Origin: Candidatus Eremiobacteria bacterium
Lineage (GTDB): Bacteria > Vulcanimicrobiota > Vulcanimicrobiia > Vulcanimicrobiales > Vulcanimicrobiaceae
Assembly (NCBI GenBank): GCA_963758295.1
Contig: CAVWUU010000004.1
Location: 672,001 to 736,000, forward strand
Reading direction: 5' to 3'
DNA length: 64,000 nucleotides
The position numbers and the translations under genes are program-made. Below, piece after piece: positions 48,122-57,801 of the stretch (its first letter is position 1; each line of letters opens with the position of its first letter). The notes below the pieces were generated by a model. It searched no databases and had not been told where the DNA came from. It was given only the letters and a program-made list of their open reading frames with translations.

Positions 48122-49276
48122 ATGCGACGCTTCCCGATGTTTCTGTTGTTTGCTTTGGCTTTCGCCTCGTGCAGTTCGCAGCACGCAACGCCGGTAATTC
48201 CCGATGCCGCCTCCGGTTTGATCAAGCAATCGCTCGCCGCCGGGGCGACCCAGTGCGTCCTGGATGCGGCAAGTCTAAGCCCCGTAAGCGCCACGCAATA
48301 TGTCGTCAACGGGATTTCTGCGAGTGACGCGTGGGCTAGCGCTTCGTCAAATTTCACCCCAACGCCAGACCAGCAAGTACACCTGTCGCACTTCAATGGA
48401 TCCGTTTGGAGCCCGGTTCCCGTTCCGGTTCTCACGCACAGTTGGGTCTTCGTAAGAGTAGACTCAATTTATTCGATTGCTACCAACGATGTGTGGGCCG
48501 TAGGTGAGGCGTTTGATCACAACGACAGCACGACGCCGTTCGTTTTGCACTGGAATGGCACGCGCTGGCTTTTCTTCCGGAATCCCCCCAGTTTCGCGAG
48601 CGGACATGGATTCGATTTCCTCCGGGTCGCAGCCGACGCGCCGAACGACGTATGGATCGCGGCCGATAGCGCGGATTCTCCGAATCTTCATCTCGCACGC
48701 TGGAACGGTTCTTCATGGTTCGAAACGACGGCGACAGGCGGAAACGAGGTTACAGGGCTTCTTGCCATTTCGCCAACGAACGTGTGGATGTCGGTCTTCG
48801 AATCTCCAACCGGCGTGTTCCATTGGAACGGCACCGGTTTGACTTCACAACTCCTGCCGCCGTCCAACGGTAGGCCGCCGGAGAATTTACGATCGCTAGT
48901 CGGCACCGGACAGTACGACCTCTGGACAAGCGGTGAAAGCCAATACATCGCGCATCGATCGGCGGGATGGTCGCCCTTCGTCGTAAACGCGGGAACAGAC
49001 GACGTGCACGAGATTGTCGCGTTTCGTTACGGCTACGCCGTCGCGATGACCGCTAACACGAGTAACACCGGGGGTCTATTGGTATACAACAACGTCGATC
49101 GTTGGCGTCCTACGACGAGCCCGTTCGGAAAATATACCGCATGGGCTGGAACTAGCGTGGTTCGGGGAACGACGAGTTTTTGGACCAATCTGCTCGACAG
49201 GACCGATCCGTCGGAGCCATCGCGCGTCGGCCTTGTGGTTTGTCCACCTAATCCGCCGGCACCGTTGAATCCTTGA
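48122..49276 (+). CDS. Hypothetical lipoprotein with Trp-rich repeats (probable beta-propeller)
   Basis: GGAGG RBS, FASC lipobox-like site; repeats of (N/D)D(V/A)W...H(W/F)NG..W. Confidence 0.75.
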   Translation: MRRFPMFLLFALAFASCSSQHATPVIPDAASGLIKQSLAAGATQCVLDAASLSPVSATQYVVNGISASDAWASASSNFTPTPDQQVHLSHFNGSVWSPVPVPVLTHSWVFVRVDSIYSIATNDVWAVGEAFDHNDSTTPFVLHWNGTRWLFFRNPPSFASGHGFDFLRVAADAPNDVWIAADSADSPNLHLARWNGSSWFETTATGGNEVTGLLAISPTNVWMSVFESPTGVFHWNGTGLTSQLLPPSNGRPPENLRSLVGTGQYDLWTSGESQYIAHRSAGWSPFVVNAGTDDVHEIVAFRYGYAVAMTANTSNTGGLLVYNNVDRWRPTTSPFGKYTAWAGTSVVRGTTSFWTNLLDRTDPSEPSRVGLVVCPPNPPAPLNP

Positions 49277-49299
49277 ACGAGCCGATAACAATCGCAAGC

Positions 49300-49333
49300 A
49301 AGCGGTTTGTGAAAACAAACCGCTTTTTGTTTT
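49300..49333 (+). terminator. Intrinsic terminator
   Basis: AAGCGGTTTGT-GAAA-ACAAACCGCTT followed by TTTGTTTT. Confidence 0.8.
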
Positions 49334-49357
49334 CGTTGCTGGGTATTGGAGGCACTC

Positions 49358-49897
49358 ATGAAAAAGCTACTTCTCATCCCGGCGCTCGCCGGTTTCCTCT
49401 TCGCACTTTTTCCCGCCGCAGCCAACGCGGCACTTTACTGTCCGCTCCGTTCGAGCATCTTCGGCACGATCGTCGGCGTGCGTTCGAACGAACTCACGCT
49501 TTCTTCAGTCCCCGGTGAATTCGGACGCATGGGCTACATCCACATCGTTTCTAACGGCGCGCGGGTCAATGCGAAGGGCCTGCAACTTCGCCGCGGCGTT
49601 TTTGCCGGCGTTTACGGCTGCTTGACGCCGGACCGCCGTCAGTTCAACGCCGAGGACGTGACGTTGGCTCCCAACGAATCGGCGTACGAATCGTATCCGC
49701 GACGTACGGCTTCGCTCGAGGGCCGGGTTACCGCCGTTCAGAGCGGACGATTCTTACTTAACTCGAGCGGTGGTCACGGCAACGTTTGGGTTTACACGAG
49801 CCAACCGGTTCGCAACGGCGAGCTTGTCGCGGTAACCGGATCGTTTGCCCCGCGCAACGCTTCCTTCGAAGCTTCGTCGGTCAGCCGCCAGCGATAA
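49358..49897 (+). CDS. Hypothetical secreted protein
   Basis: GGAGG RBS, signal peptide MKKLLLIPALAG...ANA; two similar G.(I/V)..V beta-rich halves. Confidence 0.75.
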   Translation: MKKLLLIPALAGFLFALFPAAANAALYCPLRSSIFGTIVGVRSNELTLSSVPGEFGRMGYIHIVSNGARVNAKGLQLRRGVFAGVYGCLTPDRRQFNAEDVTLAPNESAYESYPRRTASLEGRVTAVQSGRFLLNSSGGHGNVWVYTSQPVRNGELVAVTGSFAPRNASFEASSVSRQR

Positions 49898-49987
49898 TTC
49901 ATCCTTCTCTCATTGCTCGCACCTGCGGCGAGGACTCCTCGCCGCTTTCGCTTAGGTAAAAGAGTTTGCGCAAGATGCAGTACTGAC

Positions 49988-50044
49988 ATGCGCCTGTCCC
50001 TCGACAAGCCAGGATGACGGGTCCTTCGACAAGCTCACGGTGAC
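49988..50044 (-). repeat. Two degenerate copies of the REP-like repeat
   Basis: ATGCGCCTGTCCCTCGACAAGCCAGGATGAC (49988-50018) and GTCCTTCGACAAGCTCACGGTGAC (50021-50044). Confidence 0.85.
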
Positions 50045-50067
50045 GGGGTGTCGAAACGCGCAGAGAA

Positions 50068-51006
50068 ATGCTTGATTTTCCCACGCGCGCTTTTATGACG
50101 CTGGTACGATTGTCGGGACGCGGGTTTCACGACAACCTGAGCGTCGGGCAGGTTCGCGCGGATTACGCGCAGTTGAACCGGCGCTTGGGGTTCATCCGCC
50201 GTCGTGAGTTAGACGTTACGGACCTGACGATCCCGTCGTTTGACGGCACGCCGCTCTTCGCACGGTTATATCGCCCGCGCGACGTCCAACACCCGTTGCC
50301 GGTGATGCTGTATTTCCACGGGGGCGGATGGGTGATCGGCGACGTTGATTCCTTCGATCACCTCACGCGCTTTATCGCGCACGAGGGATCCATCGCGGTT
50401 CTTTCCGTGGACTACCGTCTCGCACCCGAGCATCGTTTTCCGGCCGCTTTCGAAGACGGCTTTGCCGCGTATGCATGGCTGCAGCAGCACGCTCGTGGCT
50501 TGCGTTTCGACCAACGCCGGATCGCCGTCAGCGGCGATAGCGCGGGCGCCGGTATCGCTGCCGCCATTTCAACGTACGGTGCCGGACGCGGACTCCCGCG
50601 TCCAGCGTATCAATTCCTCATCTATCCGCCGGTCGACGGCACTGGACGTTTTGAATCGCGCAGCGCATTCGTGCGCGGCTTGCCGCTCACGGCGCAAGTC
50701 GTCGACTGGTTCGGCCGCCATTATTTAACCCGCCCGGAAGACGCCGCTGCGCCCTTCATGACGTTGATCGACGCACCGAATCTCGAACGATTACCGAAGA
50801 CCTACATCCTTGCGGCGGGGTACGACCCGCTTGTCGATGAAGGCCGCGCGTATGCCGAACGGTTACAAAGCGCCGGCGTCGACGTCGCGTACGATTTGCG
50901 TCCCGCTCAGGCGCACGGCTTCGTTAGTTTTCCCCGCATCGCTCCGGCGGGCGGACGCGCCGTACGCGAAGCGGTGCATGCTGTCGCCAAGGAGCTTCAC
51001 CGTTAA
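50068..51006 (+). CDS. HSL-family alpha/beta hydrolase (esterase/lipase)
   Basis: HGGGW, VDYRLAPEH.FP, GDSAG, DPL.DEG, HGF. Confidence 0.93.
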   Translation: MLDFPTRAFMTLVRLSGRGFHDNLSVGQVRADYAQLNRRLGFIRRRELDVTDLTIPSFDGTPLFARLYRPRDVQHPLPVMLYFHGGGWVIGDVDSFDHLTRFIAHEGSIAVLSVDYRLAPEHRFPAAFEDGFAAYAWLQQHARGLRFDQRRIAVSGDSAGAGIAAAISTYGAGRGLPRPAYQFLIYPPVDGTGRFESRSAFVRGLPLTAQVVDWFGRHYLTRPEDAAAPFMTLIDAPNLERLPKTYILAAGYDPLVDEGRAYAERLQSAGVDVAYDLRPAQAHGFVSFPRIAPAGGRAVREAVHAVAKELHR

Positions 51007-51018
51007 GAGTTTTCCTAG

Positions 51019-51861
51019 GTGAAGAAATTTCGCGGAAAGCGCGCCGTCATCACGGGAGCGGCCTCCGGCATCGGACGCGCGCTCGCGGTTGCGCTTTCCC
51101 GGCACGGCGCCAACCTCGAACTCGTCGATCGGGATGCGCAAGGCCTCGCGCAAACCGCCGCCCTTGCGCAACGCGACGGCATCGTCGCAAACACGCACGT
51201 TGTTGATGTCGGCGACAGTTCCGCGATGGGTTCGCTTTCCGCTGCCGTCGACACCCACGGCGGTGCCGACCTCGTGATCAATAATGCCGGCGTCGGGTTA
51301 TACGGCAGCGTGATGGAAATGTCGAATGAAGAGTTCGCGTGGCTTATGAACGTCAACTTCTGGGGCGTGGTCAACGGCGTGCGCGCGTTTCTCCCGCAAT
51401 TGCTTCTACGCCCGGAAGCGTGCATTGTGAACGTTTCGAGTCTGTTCGGTTTGTGGGCGCCGCCGGGACAAGCGGCGTACGCTGCAAGCAAGTTTGCCGT
51501 TCGCGGCTACTCCGAAGCCCTCCGCGCCGAATTGGCCGGCACAAACGTCGCCGTTTTTACCGTACATCCGGCCGGCGTCGCAACCGCGATCGCCAAACGG
51601 TCCCGGATTGCAGCAGCGGCAGACCAGGCTCGCGCAGCTTCAGAGTCAGAGAAGTTCGACCGCCGGTTCCTCACGATGCCGCCCGAGCGCGCCGCCGAAA
51701 TCATTCTCAACGGGATCCAACGCAATCACGGTCGCATTCTCGTGGGCAAAGAAGCGCACCGAGTCGAGCTTCTTCTTCGAATCCTCGGTTCGCGAGCCGC
51801 GACTTTGCTGAACCGTCGTGTGCCGTTCGATTCGCGTCGCAATGGCAAGACTGATGCTTGA
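51019..51861 (+). CDS. Short-chain dehydrogenase/reductase
   Basis: TGAASGIG, NNAG, NVSS, YAASK. Confidence 0.93.
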   Translation: MKKFRGKRAVITGAASGIGRALAVALSRHGANLELVDRDAQGLAQTAALAQRDGIVANTHVVDVGDSSAMGSLSAAVDTHGGADLVINNAGVGLYGSVMEMSNEEFAWLMNVNFWGVVNGVRAFLPQLLLRPEACIVNVSSLFGLWAPPGQAAYAASKFAVRGYSEALRAELAGTNVAVFTVHPAGVATAIAKRSRIAAAADQARAASESEKFDRRFLTMPPERAAEIILNGIQRNHGRILVGKEAHRVELLLRILGSRAATLLNRRVPFDSRRNGKTDA

Positions 51862-53303
51862 CGTAGCGATCGTCGGAACGGGATTCGCCGGCATCGGGAT
51901 GGCCATTGCTTTGCGACGTGAGGGAACGTATTCATTTGCAATATTCGAGCGCGCATCGGACCTCGGCGGTACCTGGCGAGCAGACCGTATCCCGGCTGCG
52001 CGTGCGACATTCCGTCGATGCTGTACTCTTATTCATTCGAGAGCGGGACCGGCTGGTCACGGCGTTATCCCGGTCAGCAAGAAATCTGGTCCTACCTGCG
52101 CCATTGCGCGCGCAAGTATGGTGTGCAAGACGCCATCCGCTTCAACTCCGAGATCGTCGAGCGCGCTGGAACGACGCCGATTGTTCTGCGCTCTGCAGAT
52201 GCGCAGCGGCGAAACGTTCGACGCTCGGGTCGTCGTTTTCGGACTTGGCGGCTTAAGCAATCCCGCCCATTCCAAACCTCTCCGGCATCGAACGATTCAG
52301 CGGTCCCGCATTTCATTCGGCCACGTGGGATCATTCCGTCGACTTAACCGGAAAGCGCGTCGCCGTGATCGGCACCGGCGCAAGCGCCGTTCAATTCGTT
52401 CCGGAACTTGCCCAACAAGCCGGCCACCTCACGGTCTTCCAACGCACCCCGCCCTGGATCGTCCCGCGCGGCGATGCTGCCGTATCGGGTTTCAAACAAT
52501 GGCTCCGTCGCAGAGTCCCGGGCTACTCGTGGCTGGTACGGAAGCTCATCTACTGGACACTGGAATTACGCGCATATGCGTTCACCGTCAATCCACGCGT
52601 ACTGCAGTTTAACGAACGTTTCGCGCTCAAGCATTTGCACCATCAAGTTCCCGAGCCGGATCTGCGCAAAAAACTCACACCCGACTACCGAATGGGCTGC
52701 AAACGCGTCCTCTTGTCGGACGATTACTACCCCGCGTTACGGCGCTCGAACGTTACGCTCGAAACTACGGAAATCGCAGAAGTCCGCGAACGCTCGATCG
52801 TCACAAAAGATGGCACCGAATATCCCGTTGATGCAATTGTGTTCGGCACCGGCTTCCGCGCCCAACAATTCATCACACCCCTACGAGTCGTAGGCCGCAA
52901 CGGCGCCACACTCGACGAAGCGTGGCAAGACGGACCGAAAACCTATCTAGGAATCAATACCGCCGGCTTCCCAAACTTGTTCTTCCTGGCCGGCCCGAAC
53001 ACGGGACTCGGTCACAACTCCATGATCCTCATGATCGAAGCGCAAATCCGCTACGTGATGAGCGCCCTGCAAACCATGCGCAATCGCAAGCTTACCGCCC
53101 TAGACGTTCGCGAAGAAACGCAAACACAGTTTCAACATGGCCTCGCCAGACGTAACGCGCAAACCGTGTGGTCGTCCGGCTGTCGCAGCTGGTATCTCGA
53201 CTCTTCCGGCCACAACACCGCATTGTGGCCCGGCTTCACTTTCGCTTACCGCTTTTTAACTCGCCGCCTTAAGTTGCCGGATTACCAAGCTGCGAAGGAA
53301 TAG
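51854..53303 (+). CDS. Baeyer-Villiger-type flavoprotein monooxygenase (several indels)
   Basis: GTGFAG, GGTW, fingerprint FSGPAFHSATWD, IGTGASA.Q, FQRTP, GCKR, GC.SWY. Confidence 0.88.
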
Positions 53304-53796
53304 GTGCCCTTGGGTTAAGCCAGACGGGTGCGCCATCTTGGCACCTGCCGAACTCCATCAACGGCCGTGCCTCCCAGCTCTGGGTGTCGAACCCTTCGCC
53401 ACAATCATGAATGCACGATGACGCCGGCGGAGTGTGGCACGAGCTCAATACAAAATCGTAGGGTATCGATCGATTTACGTACCCAAGGTCTACAACGAAG
53501 ACGCCATTTGAGTCGACCGTGTATCGAATACCTCTACGGTAATCCTCTTTTATCAGCGCGGCCAGACTGATAATCTCAGATCGCCTGGCGAGCGAAAGAT
53601 CCGTCATCTTGGGTATTCCGCCTACAAAGGCGGAAGAAAAGGCATGCGATGACGGCGGGGCCGTTGCATTCGACTTCGCAGACTGATGTGCAACTGTGCA
53701 CTGGTTCAAGACAAACACCATTGCGAGCACGGCGCATTGAAGAGCCACTGGATCAGGACGACGTCTTGTCTTATTCAGACAGTTGCGGCACAGCAT
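53269..53796 (-). CDS. Hypothetical Cys-containing, possibly exported protein (start uncertain)
   Basis: Open frame in a visibly less GC-rich patch; hydrophobic stretch VALQCAVLAMVFVL. Confidence 0.35.
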   Translation of the reverse strand: MLCRNCLNKTRRRPDPVALQCAVLAMVFVLNQCTVAHQSAKSNATAPPSSHAFSSAFVGGIPKMTDLSLARRSEIISLAALIKEDYRRGIRYTVDSNGVFVVDLGYVNRSIPYDFVLSSCHTPPASSCIHDCGEGFDTQSWEARPLMEFGRCQDGAPVWLNPRAPIPSQLGNPAT

Positions 53797-53980
53797 TGAT
53801 GCATCCGTTGCGCGTCGTGCAGCCCCCTGGAGGGCCGCCCGGCTTGCTCGTGGGTTCAGGACTGCTTGGAGCAAACCCACCGTTACCACCAGGCGGAAGA
53901 GGCTGCAGTGTAGCAAAGGAACCGCTCGCAGCAGCTGCGCGCGGTGCCGTGGCTGATACTCACACGGCGACAAACGCTGC

Positions 53981-55348
53981 CTATTTGAAGGCGATTCCAA
54001 GCACTTCGCGTGCGATGCGTGTCTTGTGGAGGACTTCGGCGTATTCGGCTTCCGGATCGCTATCGGCGACGATGCCGGCCGAGGCTTGCCAATAGGCGCG
54101 GCCGTCCTGAACGTGGATGCTGCGCAGCGTAATGCATGAGTCGAAATCGCCGTTGAAAGCCCAGCGGCCGATGCTTCCGGCGTAGAAGCCGCGGGTGACC
54201 GGTTCCAGTTCCTCGATGAGTTGCATGGCTCGGGCCTTCGGCGTACCGGTGACGGTGCCGGCGGGGAAGCCGGCTTTGAAAAGGTCGAGTCCGTCGCATT
54301 CGGGATTCAATTCGCCGACAACATCAGAAACAATGTGCATTACGTGGCTGAAGCGTTCGATTTGCAGCAGTTCGTCGACGACGACGGAGCCATACGTGCA
54401 CACCATGCCGAGATCGTTGCGCCCGAGGTCGACGAGCATTACGTGCTCGGCGCGTTCTTTTTCGTTTTCGAGCAGCTCTTTGGCGATTGCAACGTCCTCG
54501 GCGTCTGAAGGACCGCGCGAGCGAGTACCGGCTAAGGGACGAATACGCGCCTTGCGGCCCTCGAGGCGTACCAGAAACTCGGGCGATGCGCCGAGGAGCT
54601 GGCCGAACGGCGTGTCCACGTAAAACATATACGGCGACGGATTGCGGCGGCGCAGGGCGCGATACAGATCGAGCGGCGTGCCGTCCAAATCGACGCTGAA
54701 GCGAATCCCGATTTGCAGTTGGTAAACGTCGCCGTCGTAGATATGCTGCTTCACTCTGGCGACATGCCGGAGGTAAGTTTCCCGGTCCATCGACGTTGCG
54801 AGCGGACCGCTGCCGAAGACTTCGGCGGCAATTTCCGGTGCACGCGAGAGCATCTGCTGGAGGTACCGCTCCAGGCGCACGTCGATTTCCAGCGCGTCAA
54901 CACCGCTGCCCCACAGCACGAGCGTGTGTGACAGGTGATCGAAAACCAGCCACGTCGCCGGAACCGCGACGTACGCCGCCGGCATTGCGGGCGCGTCGAC
55001 GCGGCGTCGCGGCAAGTGCGCCATCGGCCGCGCTGCGTCGTAGCCGAAGACGACCAGCGCCCCGCCGAGACCCGTTGAATCTTCCGGCGGCCGATGCGCC
55101 GCGAGCGCTTCACGAATGCGATCGTAGAGATCCGGCGTTGCATCGAATGATTGCACGAATGCATAATCCAAGCCAATGAACGAATACCGCGAAAGACGGC
55201 CGCCGTGTTCGACGCTTTCAAGCAAACACGAAGCACCCGGAACGCCGAGCGCGAGAAAAGCGCCGATCGGCGTGATCACGTCCGCAACGATCGTGCGCGT
55301 TCTAACGAGCAAAGGCCGCCCGATCGGGCGGCCTCCTTGCGCAATCAT
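53981..55348 (-). CDS. trpE: Anthranilate synthase component I
   Basis: LLESV...SRYSF, NPSPYM, GASPE, RPLAGTR, KERAEHVMLVDLGRND, FPAGTV.G.PK, AGIVADS. Confidence 0.92.
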   Translation of the reverse strand: MIAQGGRPIGRPLLVRTRTIVADVITPIGAFLALGVPGASCLLESVEHGGRLSRYSFIGLDYAFVQSFDATPDLYDRIREALAAHRPPEDSTGLGGALVVFGYDAARPMAHLPRRRVDAPAMPAAYVAVPATWLVFDHLSHTLVLWGSGVDALEIDVRLERYLQQMLSRAPEIAAEVFGSGPLATSMDRETYLRHVARVKQHIYDGDVYQLQIGIRFSVDLDGTPLDLYRALRRRNPSPYMFYVDTPFGQLLGASPEFLVRLEGRKARIRPLAGTRSRGPSDAEDVAIAKELLENEKERAEHVMLVDLGRNDLGMVCTYGSVVVDELLQIERFSHVMHIVSDVVGELNPECDGLDLFKAGFPAGTVTGTPKARAMQLIEELEPVTRGFYAGSIGRWAFNGDFDSCITLRSIHVQDGRAYWQASAGIVADSDPEAEYAEVLHKTRIAREVLGIAFK

Positions 55349-55358
55349 GGGGTCCGGG

Positions 55359-56024
55359 CTACCGCTTGAGTTCGGGATGTTCCTGCGTTAGCGAAGCGAC
55401 GTACGTTGGCGGTAGTGCGTCCATAATAGACGACACCGAATCCGCCGGCATCTGCGCGAACACCCGCGCAACATACACGACCGGCAGTCTTTGCACGACC
55501 TTCGCCGCGTTCTCCGGTTCCATGTTGGCCCAGTACTGCGCGGTACGCCGGATATCAGGAGTGGCATTCGCGGACAAATCGCTCGCACTACCGGAGGCGT
55601 CACTTGCGCTCGACGCGGCCGCGCCGAAAGGCCCCGCGCTCGCGGCCGGCTTTGCTGCTGCTTGTGCCGGCGCACTGGCCGATGCGGCTTGCGCCTGCAA
55701 CTGTCCCACTTCTCCCTGCAGCGAACCGATCTGCTTGTCTTTTGCCGCCGACTTCGTTTGAAGATCGGCGACCTGCGCTTGCAATTGCACGATCTGCTTG
55801 TTGCGCTCGGTCAACAGCTGATTTTGCGCGGCGAAATGGAACGGCGTGGCGACTCCGGCAAACGCGTTGTTCAGCGAACGCCATGCGGGCGCGGCCGGGC
55901 CGTTCGCGATGACGTTGCGCGACGGCTGCCACGACAAGGCAACAATCAGCAGCGCGATGGCAATGAGCGGCAAAATCAACCGTTTCCACGGAAAGGGCTT
56001 GCGCCGTTGGCGCGTGACGATCAC
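55359..56024 (-). CDS. MotE/YlxF-like flagellar protein
   Basis: N-terminal TM, coiled coil, MEPENAAK...M repeats; position after fliJ. Confidence 0.75.
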   Translation of the reverse strand: MIVTRQRRKPFPWKRLILPLIAIALLIVALSWQPSRNVIANGPAAPAWRSLNNAFAGVATPFHFAAQNQLLTERNKQIVQLQAQVADLQTKSAAKDKQIGSLQGEVGQLQAQAASASAPAQAAAKPAASAGPFGAAASSASDASGSASDLSANATPDIRRTAQYWANMEPENAAKVVQRLPVVYVARVFAQMPADSVSSIMDALPPTYVASLTQEHPELKR

Positions 56025-56482
56025 GGCATACCTCCTACACCTGCGGCACGCCCGAATCTGCGGGCGTTACCGTCGTCGAGCTCGTTTTGCTCGACACGAA
56101 GTTCTTCAGCAAGGAACGCCTGGCGGCGGCGCTCCTTGAGCTTCTCGACGACCTTGCGCTCTTTACTCGCTTCGAGGAGATCTAGGCGCGCGCGATCGAC
56201 CGCGACCCGGCGTTCCGCAACGACGCGGATTTGCGCGGTGATGGCGCGATCGAGAAATTGTAAATGCGCGTAGTGCAAGCGCAACGACTCACCGTCGAAC
56301 GCGCGGTGGCTGGTGCGCAAACTCTCCGAGCCGGCGCGAAACTCATCGTTCAAGCGCTTCAACTCCGCTTCAGAAAAGTCGAGCTCGCGCTGCCGTTGCG
56401 CGACAACGTGTTGCTTTTCTTCTTCTACGCGCTTACGCTGTTCCAGCACCGGCTGCAGCGAGAACTTAAAGCGCTTCCCCAT
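56021..56482 (-). CDS. fliJ: Flagellar export protein FliJ
   Basis: F.FSLQ.VL..R, EKLKE, EQ.ELDD; follows fliI. Confidence 0.9.
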   Translation of the reverse strand: MGKRFKFSLQPVLEQRKRVEEEKQHVVAQRQRELDFSEAELKRLNDEFRAGSESLRTSHRAFDGESLRLHYAHLQFLDRAITAQIRVVAERRVAVDRARLDLLEASKERKVVEKLKERRRQAFLAEELRVEQNELDDGNARRFGRAAGVGGMP

Positions 56483-57798
56483 TAAGTCAGACTCATCAGC
56501 GACGCGAGGGTATGCTCGTAGGAACTCGTTTCATAGATGCCTTGCTTCAGGAAGTGCCGCACGGCTTCAACCTTCGAAATCGCGAAGTCTACGCGCGGAT
56601 TACTTCCCGGCACGTAAGCACCGATGTTGATGAGGTCTTCGGCTTCACGATACGTGGCGAGCACATCGCGCAACGCGGATGCTGCGGAGTAATGGTTTTG
56701 ATCCGCGACTTCCGGCATAACGCGGCTGACGCTTTGCAAGACGTCGATCGCGGGGTAGTGATTGGCACCGGCGAGTTGCCGTGACAACACGATGTGGCCG
56801 TCGAGAATCGAACGAACGGCGTCGGCAACGGGCTCGTTCATATCGTCACCGTCGACGAGGACCGAGAAGAGCCCCGTGATAGTTCCTCGTTCCGACGTAC
56901 CGGCGCGTTCGAGCAACTTCGGCAACGTCGCAAAAACCGACGGCGTGTATCCGCGCGTCGTGGTCGGTTCGCCGATCGCAAGGCCGACTTCGCGTTGCGC
57001 CATTGCAAACCGCGTCACGGAATCCATCATAAACATCACGTCCAGCCCCTGATCGCGGAAGTACTCCGCAATCGTCATCGCCACAAACGCCGCTTTGATT
57101 CGCACGAGGGCGGGCTGATCGCTGGTAGAAACGACGACGACGCTGCGGCGTAAGCCTTCTTCGCCGAGATCGCGTTCGATGAAGTCGCGGACTTCTTTGC
57201 CGCGTTCGCCGACCAGGGCAATGACGTTAACGTCGGCCGTAGTGTTGCGCGCGATCATGCCGAGGACCGTCGACTTGCCGACGCCCGAGCCCGCGAAAAT
57301 ACCGACACGCTGTCCTTTTCCGCACGTCAACAATCCGTCAATAGCCCGGATGCCCAGCGAGAGCGGTTCGGTAACGCGTTTGCGCGAGAGCGGGGGCGGA
57401 GGCGCGGCCGTTACGACGGCGCGATTGTCCGCAACGATCGTGCCTTTGCCGTCGATGGGACGGCCAAGACCGTTTAGCACGCGGCCCAAGAGATGATCGG
57501 TTACGCCGATTTCAAGCGGTGCCCCGTGCGCGACAACGTCGCTGCCTGCGCCGATGCCCATCTGCTCGCCGAGCGGCATGATAAGCACCTTGTTATCGCG
57601 GAATCCGACGACTTCGGCAAGCACCGGTTCAGCCGTGCGCTTATAGCTGATCTCGCACGTTTCGCCGACGGCCATGTTTGGGCCAAGGCTCTCGATGACC
57701 ACGCCGATGACTTGGCGCACTTTGCCATACTGCCGCATCAGGTCGGTTCCGCGCAGTTGCTCGAGGTATGATTCAGCCGAAAAAACCGGCAATTCCAT
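56482..57798 (-). CDS. fliI: Flagellar export ATPase FliI
   Basis: GIFAGSGVGKS, GERGKEV, MDSVTRFAMAQRE, ILDGHIVL, YPAID. Confidence 0.97.
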   Translation of the reverse strand: MELPVFSAESYLEQLRGTDLMRQYGKVRQVIGVVIESLGPNMAVGETCEISYKRTAEPVLAEVVGFRDNKVLIMPLGEQMGIGAGSDVVAHGAPLEIGVTDHLLGRVLNGLGRPIDGKGTIVADNRAVVTAAPPPPLSRKRVTEPLSLGIRAIDGLLTCGKGQRVGIFAGSGVGKSTVLGMIARNTTADVNVIALVGERGKEVRDFIERDLGEEGLRRSVVVVSTSDQPALVRIKAAFVAMTIAEYFRDQGLDVMFMMDSVTRFAMAQREVGLAIGEPTTTRGYTPSVFATLPKLLERAGTSERGTITGLFSVLVDGDDMNEPVADAVRSILDGHIVLSRQLAGANHYPAIDVLQSVSRVMPEVADQNHYSAASALRDVLATYREAEDLINIGAYVPGSNPRVDFAISKVEAVRHFLKQGIYETSSYEHTLASLMSLT

Positions 57799-57801
57799 TC
57801 G

